Notes: generated from the sequence alone by a model not told the origin. DNA of 61,588 nucleotides, filler included, from Sphacelaria rigidula (GCA_964200075.2; 5 parts of 5 records of this genome joined end to end with filler, not necessarily neighbours in it), one strand, 5' to 3'. Positions 13,295 to 26,381 are shown, numbered from the whole stretch's first letter. Made by a program: numbers and translations.

Positions 13295-13876
13295 CCAAGG
13301 TCGTGTTCTGTAGGGTACGGTTTTCTGTATACCCGAGGGTATTTTGCCGGGTATTTACCGTACCCGACAGTTCTGTAAACTCTGTAAGATTTCCATACCG
13401 GTATCCGACAGTTCTGTAATCTCTGTAAAACCTTCATACCCGTACCCGATAGTTCTGTGAGTTCTGTACGCCTCTCGTACCGTTACCGGAGGGCACGGGT
13501 ATACTCTTGATAAGATACCCGGTCGCGGGTACGGTTTTCTGTGCAACCTCCATACCCTACCCGACAGTTTCTGTGAGTTCTGTAGGTCTCCCATACCCTT
13601 ACCCGATAGTTCTGTGAGTTCTGTACAGAAACTTTACCCTGACCCGAGGGGTGGGTATGCCCAAAAAGAGTTACCCGACTGCCGGTACCGGTTTTCTGTA
13701 AGCCTCCCGTACCGTACCCGACAAGCTCTGTATTTTCTGTAAGACTTTCGTACCGGTACCCGACAGTTCTGTAAGCTCTGTAAGATTTTTATGCTGGTAC
13801 CCGACAGTTCTGTAAGTTCTTCAAGGAATCTCATACCTTACAGAACGTACCCGTACCTTACAGAACACAACTTTGG
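13295..13876. mobile_element. ~580-bp non-autonomous TIR element (MITE) built of internal subrepeats
   Basis: 26-bp TIRs ccaaggtcgtgttctgtagggtacgg / ccgtaccttacagaacacaactttgg (3 mismatches); internal ~36-40-bp units taccsgtacccgacagttctgtaagytctgtaaga. Confidence 0.8.
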
Positions 13877-15954
13877 AAAATACAGTACTAAGCCGTCGAA
13901 AGATACATGCGGGCCGTGTCTTGCTTGGTTTTTCAGTAGCCCACGCGCATTCTAATAGCCTTGTTGCCTTGTCTAGCTGTCTCTTTCTGTAGCCCACGTT
14001 TGCTGCTCCTCACTTTTGGTTCACCTGTACTGTTTTCCCTAGTTAGTAGCATTTTCAACCGTCCTTCGTTTTCGTTTAGCTTTTAGAGTGCTTTTTTTTT
14101 GCTGTACTGCAGTGCTGTCTTTCTGCATTCCTTCAATTGCAACCCCGCCGCAGCAGCAACACTTGCAACCTGCCATTTGTCCTTCCCCTGCTTTGGTCGC
14201 TCGTTTTGCTCGGCCACACTCTTGATTTGCAGTGCCCTTTTTCTGTTGTCATCGTCCTTTTCTGCCCCACATCGTTCGCCGGATATCCCGCCAGCGCTAT
14301 GTGATTGCTCGTTGTAGACCCTTACGGACAGCTGACATTATATCTTGTTGGACAGATCGGACAGTTGATATTATATCTTGTTGGACAGATCTAATCACGC
14401 CGCTTTTATCTACGGCAAAAGCGACTATACCTTTTCTCCTTGCAGGACGTTACACTTGTGTGCCGTTGTTGTGTTTGTAGTGCGGTGTCCTCTCATCCTT
14501 GATACTGACTGTTTCAGTGTTTTCGTTCACCGCTCACAACCACGCTTACTTTTTCGGTGCGACAATTACGTAGTCGCAACTGCCGCAGTAGTAGTTGTGA
14601 TAGTAGCGACCGCCGCTCCAGCGTGCAGAGTACTGTAGTGCACACTATTTTGTTCTTCCGCGCGACAACATGCACCAACACAAATGATAATTTGGTGCTG
14701 TACGTCTCTCATCGCACCTCTCATCAGGTTTCTATCACATCTCCGCCCCGCTTCTACATTTTTTGCTGGGTGAGCACTACGTGGTCAACGTTTCACCTTT
14801 GGGTCGTGCATTCCACGACGCGCTTTTCATCTTTTGTGCGTGTACTGGTGGATACATTTTTTTTTCTTTCGCGCGGGTACTACATACACAGTTTCTTTTC
14901 CCTTTTGGCATTGCACTGCGTGTTCCACGTTTTCCTGATTTCTTGTTCAGTTTGGCGCCTGATCTGCACCAACAATTATTACTGTTTCAGTCGGCTGCTA
15001 CAGCTGTCTTCTCTTGGACTCCTGCACTTGAGTTCACTGTTTCGCACCCTTGCTGCCGCACTTTTTGATTCTTTTTCTGTATTGAATTTCAAAGATATTT
15101 GCACATCGCTTCCCTTTAGCAACGTGTTCTACACTAGTATTGGTACCTACTTCCGCGGTCTCGAGTTGTGTTTTTCTACACCCTCCTGTGTGCGGTATTC
15201 TACTTGCACCACTGAAATACCCTTGTCCAGCGTATGCCTGGCCACTACGTATCCTTATCATATGACGTGCACAGTGCGCCCGCCGGACATCTGTCCGGGT
15301 GTCTGTCTTCTTTCACAGTCGCCTCATTGTTAGGTTTTGCTCTTGCACCAAGCCTCTCGCGCGATAACTGTTGGGTTTATCTGTAAATTTGTTCCTTTGC
15401 GACTATTTACACCTTTGGTACACCTTCAGTGCGCCCCCCCTACTCCCCCATACACAGTTTCCTCTACAGGTGTCTTATTTCCGCCGCAATTCCTCCCTTT
15501 TCGGCGTTTAATAATCTCCACCTTTTTGCTCTGCTGTCTGCCTTTTCGGTACTTGGATTTGCAGAGATTAAACTGATTGTTATTATCACAGTAGTCCATT
15601 CTAGTTTGGTGTACCTCCATTTATAAAATTCTGTAGTCTTTACTGCTTTTTTTTCGGAACTTACAATCTCCTGCCGAGTCTACACTACCTGCTATTATTA
15701 TACCAGACCTATTGTACTCTGGTGTCTGGCGTCCATTTTTACCTCTTCAATTTAATATGGCGCAACCGCAGAAAATAATTCTCCCCTCGGCCCTGCCTAC
15801 TTACAAATCTTTAAGCCGTCAGCGTTGGCTTGCATCAATTCCTTCAAAACCCTTCACTCTTACTTCCTCTGTACACGAAGAAGTGAAATCTGACAGAGCT
15901 TCGGCCCTCCACTCTGGCGACTACACGTCTCAAGACTTGGCTGCTAGTGGCGAC

Positions 15955-16210
15955 CGCGACCACCATTTGTCCAAGACTCCCGACATGATCGACGAGACGC
16001 TACGCGCTCGCTCTGTCGTGGACCGACCACTGTCCAAGACTTCCGACATGATCGACGAGACGCTACGCGCTCGCTCTGTTGCGGACCGACCACTGTCCAA
16101 GACTTCCGACATGATCGACGAGACGCTACGCGCTCGCTATGTCGCGGCCCGACCACCGTCCAAGACTTCCGACATGATCGACGAGACGCTACGCGCTCGC
16201 TCTGTCGTGA
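15955..16210 (+). repeat. In-frame 63-bp tandem repeat x4 (SKTSDMIDETLRARSVVDRPL)
   Basis: ccaagact starts at 15971, 16034, 16097 and 16160 (period 63). Confidence 0.95.
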
Positions 16211-19167
16211 AACACACACCGCCTCGGAATTCCAACATGTCGGGCGAGTCGCCACGCGTTGCTACTGTCGTGAAACGCAAACCGCTTCAGGCTCCTACCG
16301 CGGCTATTGACTCACCCCACGCTCGCGGTGTTGATGAACGGCATTCGTCCATGCCTTCCGAGGTTTTCGGTACGTCGCACAAAGGTTACGATGCCTTACA
16401 GCGCCCGCGACGATATGACATGTATCGTGAGGACACTTCTGTTCACCAACCCCCGCGCCGAACATCCTCCTTGCGTCTTGGCCGCTCCGACGACCCTTCC
16501 ACAGGGCACGTGCCTTTCGTAACGGCTTTTGAGCACTTGCTTCGTTCATCACCGGCTGTCATTTCTAACGGTCCGGCGACAACTGCCCTTTCACAAGCGC
16601 TTGCGACCGCGTTTCACACAGCCGTTCAACATTCAACGTCCTCAGATCATGTTCACTTTGACAGTAATGTGAATCATCAGGCCTCTACACCCGCGGCTGC
16701 AGCCCATGCTGACGAACGTTCAACCTCAGATGTTCTCCTTGATTTGGATATGGATGGTGATGCCACTGTCCACCATGGTGATCATGCCACTCATGTTCAT
16801 GATGTACGTGCATTGCTATCGGGATTATCATCGACCACGGGATCCTCACGACCTAAATCTGTCGATCGGACCCATGTGCATACACGATTGCCCATCGATG
16901 ACGCGTTGATTGACATTCCGGAATCTTTGCGAGACCGGCGCAGCACTAACCGTGCCCTTCCGCCCTGCCCTGATGCTGCCACTGTACGTGCGGCGGAACG
17001 ACAAATTGCAGATCTCCGTCGATACCTGCGATCTGCTTCAACCATGGCTCACACTCACGCTCCGTCGACCACCGCTCCTATCGCGACCGCTCCAGCTCCT
17101 GCAGCCGCCGACATCGACACGGATGCAGAAAGCACCCGTGCCACGCCTCACGCTCCCAGCGCGGCGGCGACTGCCGCTCTCGCCGTGACGGCCGTGGATG
17201 ATACCCCCATCACGGCCGCTGATGAGGAATCGGTCACTTCGCCGCAGGTTCCTACTGCCACGGACTCGGCTCCGGCGCATACCCCAGGGTCTATCACGAA
17301 CGAGCGCCCCTTGTTGGGCATCGAGCATTGCCCGTCGGGCCTTCGGCCCCGGCTCTGGTTTCGTGGTCCACGCTCGGACCAAGAACGAATTCTTACGGAG
17401 TACTAGGCATTTCAACCGGACATGCCCCCTGCGCCACCTTCGCCCCGCCAAACGGCGGACGACAATGCCCACCGTCGCCTTCATGGCGACCTCACGGCAC
17501 GATTGACGCGCCAACGCCAGGCGGTCGATTCGCCAACCAGCCGTCATCGGGCGGCTCAACGCATTTTCACTGAACGCCTTGCTGCGTTCGACCAGATGCG
17601 TGACTCCATTCGACGCGATGAACATCGCTTGCGTCAATGCGCCACCGCAGCAGAGACTGTGACCACGGCTTTACGTTCCCTCGAACAGGAGCAACACCTT
17701 CCTCTTCTGAGGACCACGTCAAGCGACCCCGCGCCTGCACCCTCTGCCGCCATTTCCGGCTCAACGGAAGAACGCCAGCCCTCGCGCCTACACGCTGCTG
17801 CCGCGGCTTCTATGGCTTCGCCTACGCGCACCTCGCCTGCCCCACCGCAGGTCCCTCGGGCTTCAGCGCCCCCTGTCCCCACACCTGGGCTGCACCTTCA
17901 GGGCGGCGAACGTTGTCGGCTTCCTTGGACGCTACGCCAACTTTCCGGGACGTATAACCGCAACAACGTTCTCAGCGCCTCTGAGCAGACTTGGCGGTCA
18001 CAAACTCTGCCCGTCAATAGTGTGATCGTCCCCTTCCTTCAGCAAGGAGGACAGCTCCCGCGCAACGACCCGGGAGCTCTTACCATTGAACGAACCATGC
18101 TCTATCTAACGATTGGTACCGGGGACAGTCGTCATGCTTATCAGACCGCCGTCGCCGCCCTCTTCGCCGCTATGCGGGCAGCCCACAACACGCTGCCGCC
18201 GGACGATGATGGGGCCTGGATCACGCCTCACCCCCCTCGCCACCGTCGTGGTGATGACGACTCTGACGACGACCAACCCGGCGCCGCACCGCGCCGTGGC
18301 CACGGGGCCCACCGCATCATAAACAACGGTCGCCGTACAACCAGAGGCAGTCATAAACGGTCTGGTCACCAGTCTTCCAGTTCATCGACTTCTAGATACC
18401 GTCAGCACACCTCGACGCGATCCATGCGGCCCTCACCGGCCGTCAGGCAAGTAACGCCTCCTTTAGCAGCTGCGTCTGCTCGCCTTTTAGGTCTCACGGA
18501 TAGTGATAGTGACAACTCGGCTCGCCCATTGGTTTCCAACTCGGCTCGGTCACTAGCTGCCGCCGCCGTAGCCAAACGCCGAGCTGCCGCGGATAAAATG
18601 GCTTCCCATACTCGTAGAGAAGCGTCTCGTGTCGCTGCCATAAAGCGGGAGTACTTGAAGATGGATGTAAAGAAACTATGGCATATCAAAACCATGCCTG
18701 CTGTAGACAATGAAGACTCTGGTCAGTTTACGTCAGCTCTCATTTCCTCACTGCGTCGAACGATGCGCAACATCCTTGAATTGGCCGATGCAACTGGTCA
18801 ACAACGTTTCGAAGACTCTGATTGGGTTGATGGATGGCAAACACCGCTGCATAAGGCTTTGCATAGCTCAATCGGCCGTCACTCCCCTGACGTTGTTGCC
18901 TCTTTGACGCAGATTCTCGACTCCTTCTTTGCCGCCATGTATCAAGATCGTGCCAGTGGGCAACCAGCGCCGTTATTATTCAGCAATTTGGAAAGGCGTT
19001 CCATAGGTTATTTTGATAAGTCTTATCAGGCAGGCGCCATCAAGCGCCTCAGTTCCTTCGCCGTGGCAACGGACGTGCCCTTTGCTGACTACCTCCACGA
19101 ATTCAAGCTCTTGGTGTCAAGTGTGACTGGTACCGGACGACAGAATGGCCCTAGTGATGCTATGTGT

Positions 19168-19223
19168 CAAACATACGTTCGCAATAGTATCGCTCAAACA
19201 TACGTTCGCAATAGTATCGCTCA
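19168..19223 (+). repeat. Perfect 27-bp in-frame duplication (QTYVRNSIA x2)
   Basis: caaacatacgttcgcaatagtatcgct at 19168 and 19195; single in copy 1. Confidence 0.95.
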
Positions 19224-20999
19224 GCAATTTCCGACGCTGATGCCGTCTTTGTTTCCGGGCGCTTTGACGCACAAAGAGGTGCCTTACGTCTCCATAGACG
19301 CGGTGTGGAATGCGTTCGTAGATCAAGAACATAATTTGACGCCTGCCATCTGTGGCACACAGTGTTCTTCTGAGTCTTCGCAGATCCTGCGCGCCACATC
19401 CACGAATACCTCCGGATCTCGTGGACGCACTCAGCTTTTGTCCAGTAGTACTTGGACACCCAACTCTGTCGGTGGATCGGTCATGTCTGTTCGTAGCAAA
19501 AAAGACCCGTTCGGTGCCAGCTTCGACGCTCGGCCTTTTTTGGCAGACACTTTTGATGACGTTTATGTCGTTTCCACAACTGCTTTCATCACCGATGACC
19601 CACATTTGTGGACCCCCTTGCTTTCGCCTTCGGCTCGCAAGGATGCTTTTCGTCGCTATGCTAACACATGCATCAACTGCAATGGTACTGACCACAGTAT
19701 GCGTGACTGCCCTGAACCTTGCATCAATATTTTTTCGCTCATGAACCCTGAATTCAGAGCAACAGGCAGGCGTGGCGCCGATGCCAAAAACGCATGCGCG
19801 AGTATTGTCCACCTTCTCGCCACCATCGCCAGCCTTACCACAATCATAGCGACTCTCGCTCAAATCGCGACCGTCGCCACACCACCAACAGCGTCTCAGG
19901 TAGTCGCCATAGAGATAGTTGTTTCCGCCCTTCTCAGTCTTCGCATGGTCATCACCAGCGAACGGGGCCGACTCACGACAACTCCAACCCCAATGCCAGA
20001 AACCCTGGTTCTTTCATGACGGATCACAACGATCCATGACACGCCGACGACGGCGTGAAGTCTTCGGCGCCGCTGATAGCAACATCGAAGACTTATCCAA
20101 CACACATTCGGGTGACGAAACATTCTCACCCAACACTATCTAGGAGATCTGATGAAGGCCGTTCTTCTCGACCCCCGTCTTTATCTTCACACACACAGCG
20201 TAACCTTTGTGTTGACTCACAACCCAGCTCTATGCTTGGCTCCAGAATTGGTCCTCCAGAACTAAGTATAAATATGAGGTGTGGGAAGACCGACCGCGGG
20301 CCCTTGAGGCACAGGCTTCCCTCAACGACCGCACGCACCAGTTGTAGCAGACTTCCTTCAACTGGTTCTGATGTTGATAGTTCGAAACTGACCACTTCAA
20401 ACCCTTCGACTCCTACCCAGCCTGATCGTAGTCATTTTTCGCGACACTCTTCTTCCGCGAAACTACCCCGACATACAGTGGACAACACTCGTCCCCTTTC
20501 ACATTTAGCAGTGCCCTTCGTACCGAGCTTGCTAGCGGATAGTCCACAAGTTTCGGCCGAGCATACCCCGATGCTGACAACATCACCTCAACGGGACGCA
20601 GTTGCAGCTTCCCAAGAAGTATTGGAAGTTCCCAGCCATTAGTCAGGGTACGAGAGGAAGCCTCGTCGTTATGCCCCCAAGGAAGCGCGAGCATTGACAC
20701 GCCCCCCTCCCGTCAGCGGAAAATTCCGACCTCATTCTCCCCAAAAAGCGGCGACTTTGAGCTCGATGACTTTGTCAGGAATCCAAGAGGAATCCAAATC
20801 GGACCTTTCAGACGGTACCGCTTCCTCCCCTGATGGCCCCATTGGCACTTCGCAGCAATCAATTTTAATGATGACCCTTGTACTTCCAAGCCAGTCATCT
20901 ACGAGATTGATCGAAACTCTGATTCACGCTGCCCTTCACGATCGGATTAGACCCCCGCGCTGTCTACCGATACCTTCGAACCCCCCGCGGATCACCCGC

Positions 21000-23900
21000 C
21001 ATCCGTTCTCACGGTCAGTCCAACTAATCCTGACCAATTCCCGTTATCTGAGCATGGCCCTGACCTTGTTGATGGTAAGGTGTCCGTTGATCCTGCCACC
21101 TTCACTACCCGCGTAGCATTACACTGCGGCCCTTGCGCCACCGCGCGCGCCAAGTGCGTCTCGTTGTTAGACAGCGGTAGTCCACAGACATTCATCAACG
21201 AATCCATGTGGAATCATATGAAGCAGGCGAGCGCTGCTTCCGATGTCTGCGAAATCATCACCCAACCTCGCGTTTGGGGCGGTTTCGGCGACTCCAAAAC
21301 ACCCTTGACGACACCTAAATCTGTTCGTCTTCGTGTATAATTTTTTCACAATGACAGACGTTCGGCTAGCCTCGCAGTCTGGGCTTACATCGTCCCTGAT
21401 AGCCCCATGTATCATGCTCTCCTTCTTGGCAGAGATAGCTACATGCAATTTGACCAACGTACGTACCGCACCCTCCCACCATTATCGCCTCAGTCGGCAC
21501 CTCGTGGAGAACTCCAACTAGAACACTATGGTACCCTCAATGGCGCCTTAGCCTACAAAAGGAATGAGCAGGCTCTTGGAGCGGCTTACGATCTTCGGTA
21601 CGATGGCAGTTCTGGCGTTACCCTTTTCGACGAGCCTCAACTCTTGGAAGTTTTGCTTGTTCGCCGCAACGGTATGCCCGCCCTCACCGGCCACTACCTT
21701 GCGGAATTGCTGCCTCAAGTGGGCGCGCCCGCTGGCACTGAGCATTTTGTCTCGGACGGCGAACAACTCCTGCCTCTCACAGGCCATGCTAATTTGGAAC
21801 CTGGCGATGTCTTGGGCATCGCCGCGGCTCCTCCTATGCACGTTCTTCTGGAAACCTGTGTAGCCGACCCTCCGACGCCTGATCTCACGCCGCCGACTGA
21901 TGGTTTTGTTCACTGCGTCGATGGGCCATACTTCAATCTATCCGCCTCACCCCCGACTCGGATTTCTGCGGTGGAATCCGACCGACCCCCTGCTGAACCT
22001 CCTGATGAAGTGCTTCAACGCTTATCGGTCGAGTCTCGGGAACATTTCCTGCAAATGTGGAACCAACTTCCGCCCCATTTGGGTGATATTCATTTTGACC
22101 TACATGGTCCGGGCTGGGAGCCCGCCGTCATCCAAGAGCTACAAGATGTTCTCCTGGAATATCAGGACAGATTTTCACCATCCACAACGGATCTCGGGCA
22201 TTGTAAAACATTGCCATTCGAAATCACTCTGCAACCTGGCGTTTCGCCAATCTCATCTCGACCATATCGAACGAATCTCCTCCCCACCAATAAAGTCAAT
22301 GCTATATTGGATGCATACTTAGGAGCTGGTCTGATTCAACACTTGTCTTCGCCATGAGCCTCACCCCTCGTGGTTGTCCCCAAAAAACATGGCAACATAC
22401 GCATCACCGTGAACTACAAACGGCTGAACCGCGTCACTGCCGTGGGAAATTCCCCATACCTCGCATCGACGAAGTCTTCGACTCTCTCGTCGGAGGAAAA
22501 ATATTCAGCACTTTCGATCTGGCATCTGGATTTTTCCAAAATGCAATTCACCCCGATACAGTCCCCTTGACAGCGTTCTGTACATCTTCAGGGCTTTTTG
22601 AATGGCTTCGTATGCCACAAGGTGCTGCCACCGCACCTGGCTGCTTTCAACGCCTCATGCAACGCGTTACTGACGGTCTCGAGCATGTTCTCATGTATCT
22701 AGACGATGCTATCGCTTTTGATGCTTCCCCCAAGGCGCATGTTCGCACTCTACGGGAATTCCTCTCCCGCTAGCGTACACACGACTTAAAATTGTCTCCA
22801 TCCAAAGCTCGACTCGGAGCAACTGAATTGGACTTTTTAGAACACTCCATCTCTCCTGCTAGATTGCACCCAGACACGAACGAAATCACGGCTATGGCTG
22901 ATATGCCCATGCCCACCAATATTTCGTAGCTTCGCTCGCTGTTGCGTGGACATTCATACTATCGCAAATTTTTGCCTAACTTGTCCAAGCGGATCCGACC
23001 CATCACAGATTTATTGAAGAAAAACGTTCCGTTTGATTAACCAAAGACATGGAGGCCACCGTCCGCGAACTGCTCTAAACACTGACCGAAAAACCGGTTC
23101 TTTATTTCCCGGATTGGGATGCGGTACAAGACGGTTCACGTCTTTTCCAACTACACACCGATGCTAGCACAGATGGGTTCGGCGCCGTTTTGAATCAACC
23201 TCAACTGGATGGCTCTGTCCGACCTATTTTGTACATCAGCCGTGCGACCCTTCCAAATGAGGCAAACTGGAGTCCCCTCGAACTCGAAGGCGGAGTTATC
23301 ACTTGGGCTATTAAAAGGCTTCGACAGTACTTGTTCCACGTGCCTTTCCACATCTATACAGATCACGGAGCTCTTGAACAACTCGCTAAGGTTGGAGAAC
23401 ATAACCCCCGCGTACAACGATGGCTGGAATTCTTGACTGCCTACCAGTACACTGTTAGACACCGTCCGGGCAAAACCAACGGCAATGCTGACCTTCTTTC
23501 GCGACTACCCCTACCTCCTACAGCGGTAGATTTCAGCCCCGCTTGCCGGTTGACTGAACCTGACGAACCAGGCGTCTACCCCATCCGGCGTTTTTCCACG
23601 CCCATCTACGCGCTCGACCTGCAATGCCCCGAAACAGGTCTGCACATGGGTGGTCCCCGCCCTCTACCCCCCGATACAGTCTTGGATGGCTTAGCGCACA
23701 CGGCCGCTGATTTTGCCGACTTTCGCACTCTCGGCCCTCGCGCACACATCTCGGTGCCGCCACCACCAACTGTTCACCTCATCTCCGACAACACGCGCTC
23801 TCGGTCGGCAGCTCGTGCCCATTCTTCGCGGATTGTAATGCCCCCACCATCGCCGACCGCGCGTAGCAATACGTCGTCGCCGCCGCCTTGTGCCCCCACG

Positions 23901-24577
23901 AACCGCACCACGCCTCCAACAACTGGCCGTGGGCCCAGTGTTGTACCAACACCGCCCGCACCCCGTGTGCGCCCAACGCGGCGATCGCGTTCACCAGTTC
24001 GCGAAAAACCCACGTCGCCTTCTGGGAATCTTCCCACACCTGCGCCTCTGGCTCGTGATACACATGCGTCCGATCCGCTCCCGGGTCAACACGTTGACGT
24101 CGGCGTACCTGCTTCTTCACCTGTCCCGCCGCCTTTTGAGCCACCGTGCCTGGTTGGCTCTCCGGCTGAAGGCCAACTTCGGGAATTTCTCGCTAGCTAC
24201 TCGCACTACGACTGGGCTCGCGATCAACAACAGGACCCGCTCTGTCGTGCGACAATGCGGTACTTGCGGCTTCACTGCCCCACCCCTTTCCCGTCGGAAA
24301 TCCTGACCACCGTAGGCGCTTTACCCGCTCCCGCCGCCTCTGATGTACTCGAGCTGGCACGCAAAGGTACCATCTTCACGACTGACGAGGACGTTCATCT
24401 ACTTGTTCGGCGACCCAAATCCCAACTGGGCACGGCTGCCGCCGTAACACCTGCCGCTTCGGCACTTCTGCGTCATGACGCCCCTCTCCGCGTCTATGTC
24501 CCTATCATGATGCGCCCGTGGGTCATGAAAGGCTGTCATTCTGATTTGTCCTGCCACTTAGGCGTCACGCGCACATT
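21000..24577 (+). pseudogene. pol remnant: protease, RT, RNase H, start of integrase (copy 2)
   Basis: Motifs as in copy 1; stops at 21338, 22355, 22771, 22927 and frameshifts. Confidence 0.95.
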
Positions 24578-24677
24578 NNNNNNNNNNNNNNNNNNNNNNN
24601 NNNNNNNNNNNNNNNNNNNNNTTAATTAATTAANNNNNNNNNNNNNNNNNNNNNNNNNNNNNNNNNNNNNNNNNNNN
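24578..24677. other. Artificial contig spacer
   Basis: N44-TTAATTAATTAA-N44. Confidence 0.98.
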
Positions 24678-24813
24678 TAGCTGTAAGCACACGCAAGTGA
24701 TGTAGGTAAAGAAAAGCACACGTGAAATAAAAAAATGACTCACTTCAAACGAATGATCAAAGCCACTCTCAATCGTATCATCTACTACTCTCAATCTCAC
24801 GAAAACACTGTTA
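24678..24813 (+). repeat. Partial copy of ~290-bp MITE family (ends ctcaatctcacgaaaacactgtta)
   Basis: Aligns with 44010-44138 and 61145-61277, and with the reverse of 29100-29230. Confidence 0.75.
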
Positions 24814-25034
24814 CACCCGGAATTCCCCCAAATTGGTTTCCCACCTAGGAGCCCAACATTTTGGTGATTAAAATCCAAATTTCTATGGCGTTTAGCAGTT
24901 GTCAATAGCTATCGGTAGATTAAGAAATGGAACCATATTTGGAAGATTTGGTGTGGATACAGTACGAAGATTTTAATTCTCCGGGTTTCTCATCCCCAAT
25001 AAAAGCCCATCCCCAATTTGTAAGATCCCGTGTT

Positions 25035-25800
25035 CATAGCTCACCCAGGGCGAATATGAGCTGATGAGCTACGGGTTGGTAGCTCACCCAGGACAAACAT
25101 GCGTAGCTCATGTAGCTCTCATAACTCACCCCGGGAGAACACTCACGGATGAACTGCATGTCAACGTGCATGAGCATCGGAACAGAAAGATCCAAAATCG
25201 GCGAAGCTCCCGTAGCTCTTTTGCTCAACCAGGGCAAACATGCGTAGCTCATGCAGCTCTCATGGCCTACCCAGGGTAAACATGGGCGCATGAGCTACGT
25301 CGGGTATATCTCATACAGGGGAATTATGCGTAGCTCATCTATAGCTTTCATAGCTCTTCCAGGGCGAACATGCGCAGCTCATATAGCTCTCATCCGTCAT
25401 TTAGGAGAAACATGCGTAGCTCATGCAGGTCGCACACGATCGTAGCTCGCCCAGGGAGACTATCAACTGATGAGCTACGGGTTGGCAGCTCACCCAAGAC
25501 AAACATGCGTAGCTCATGTAGGTCTCACAGCTCACCCGGGGTGAGTATGAGGAGATGAGCTCCTGGTTGGTAGCTTACCCGGGTTGAAACATGCGTACAG
25601 CTCATGGAGCTCTCATAGCCAGTGGAGAATGTTACCTGATGAACTGCGGGCTGAAAGCTCTCACACAGGGCAAACATGCCTAGCTCATATTGCTCTCATA
25701 GCTCACCTAGGAAAAACATGCGGAGCTCATGCAGCTCGCATAGCTCACTAGGGAGCTACGCTAACAAAGAGCTATGAGTAGCTCGAGCTACAGGGAGCTG
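25035..25800. repeat. Degenerate minisatellite of agctcacccagggcaaacatgcgtagctcat-type units
   Basis: Over a dozen diverged units containing gtagctcat and its inverse atgagctac. Confidence 0.85.
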
Positions 25801-26204
25801 ATCTGTCCGATGTGCGAAAATTTCGTGAGTGTCTGCGCAGGCAGTGAAGATTTACATATCATGCGAAGTTTCTGTCAAAATGTATGAGATAGTAGTAGTC
25901 AACCATATATCGCTTTACGGTTGCGGGTTACCGTACTAGCGACGCAACCTGTAGCTTTGGGCGTAAATCTATGGTTGATTTTTCGAGCAAACTATAATAA
26001 CAATACGTAACATCAACGCTAGCCCCGACCCAAAACGTATGAGATTCTCGGGTAAGGGGGGTGCATACGTTCTCGCGGGCAAACTCTGCGTTTCCTAGGC
26101 GCCGACTTCGACAAAAACACGTTCTGGACGAGCTGGGTCCTGCTCACCTGGTCCAAACATTCTTTTTCGCCGAACTTTCTCTATTCTAAAATCAAGTAGT
26201 CATG

Positions 26205-26205
<1 letters not shown>

Positions 26206-26275
<70 letters not shown>
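26206..26275. repeat. (TG)35 microsatellite, probable SINE tail
   Basis: Uninterrupted TG run directly adjoining the SINE body. Confidence 0.95.
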
Positions 26276-26279
<4 letters not shown>

Positions 26280-26381
26280 GTTTTGTTTTTCAATTCTCCA
26301 CCTTCCTTCTGCGGAGCTTGCTTTTCTTTATATTTTTACAGCGAGGGGAGGTTACCAGTCCTTTTCCCTCGTTGACCATTA

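Larger units (their letters stand above)
15757..20039 (+). pseudogene. Gag-like polyprotein remnant with very long N-terminal extension and zinc knuckle (copy 2)
   Basis: ORFs 15712-17406 and 17422-20019 share a frame, separated by one TAG at 17404; C-x2-C-x4-H-x4-C present; probable frameshift near 19760. Confidence 0.8.
15757..24577 (+). mobile_element. Ty3/Gypsy LTR-retrotransposon internal region, degenerate copy 2 (same family as copy 1), truncated in integrase by contig end
   Basis: gag with CCHC knuckle CINCNGTDHSMRDC (19669-19710), PR LLDSGS (D at 21170), RT YLDD (22696), RH LHTDAS/YTDH/NADLLSR, IN start CHSDLSCHLGVTRT; clearly alignable with copy 1. 13900-15750 may be LTR/leader. 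Confidence 0.95.

Noticed and set aside
5683-22929. Directed hypermutation (RIP or deamination) suggested by TGG>TGA (5683, 7868, 22355) and CAR>TAR (21338, 22927) stops
   Set aside because: These codons are one transition from a stop, so this is the neutral expectation; a transversion stop (5509) also occurs and no context bias was measured
25035-25800. CRISPR-like array
   Set aside because: Degenerate units, no unique spacers, no cas genes, eukaryotic context
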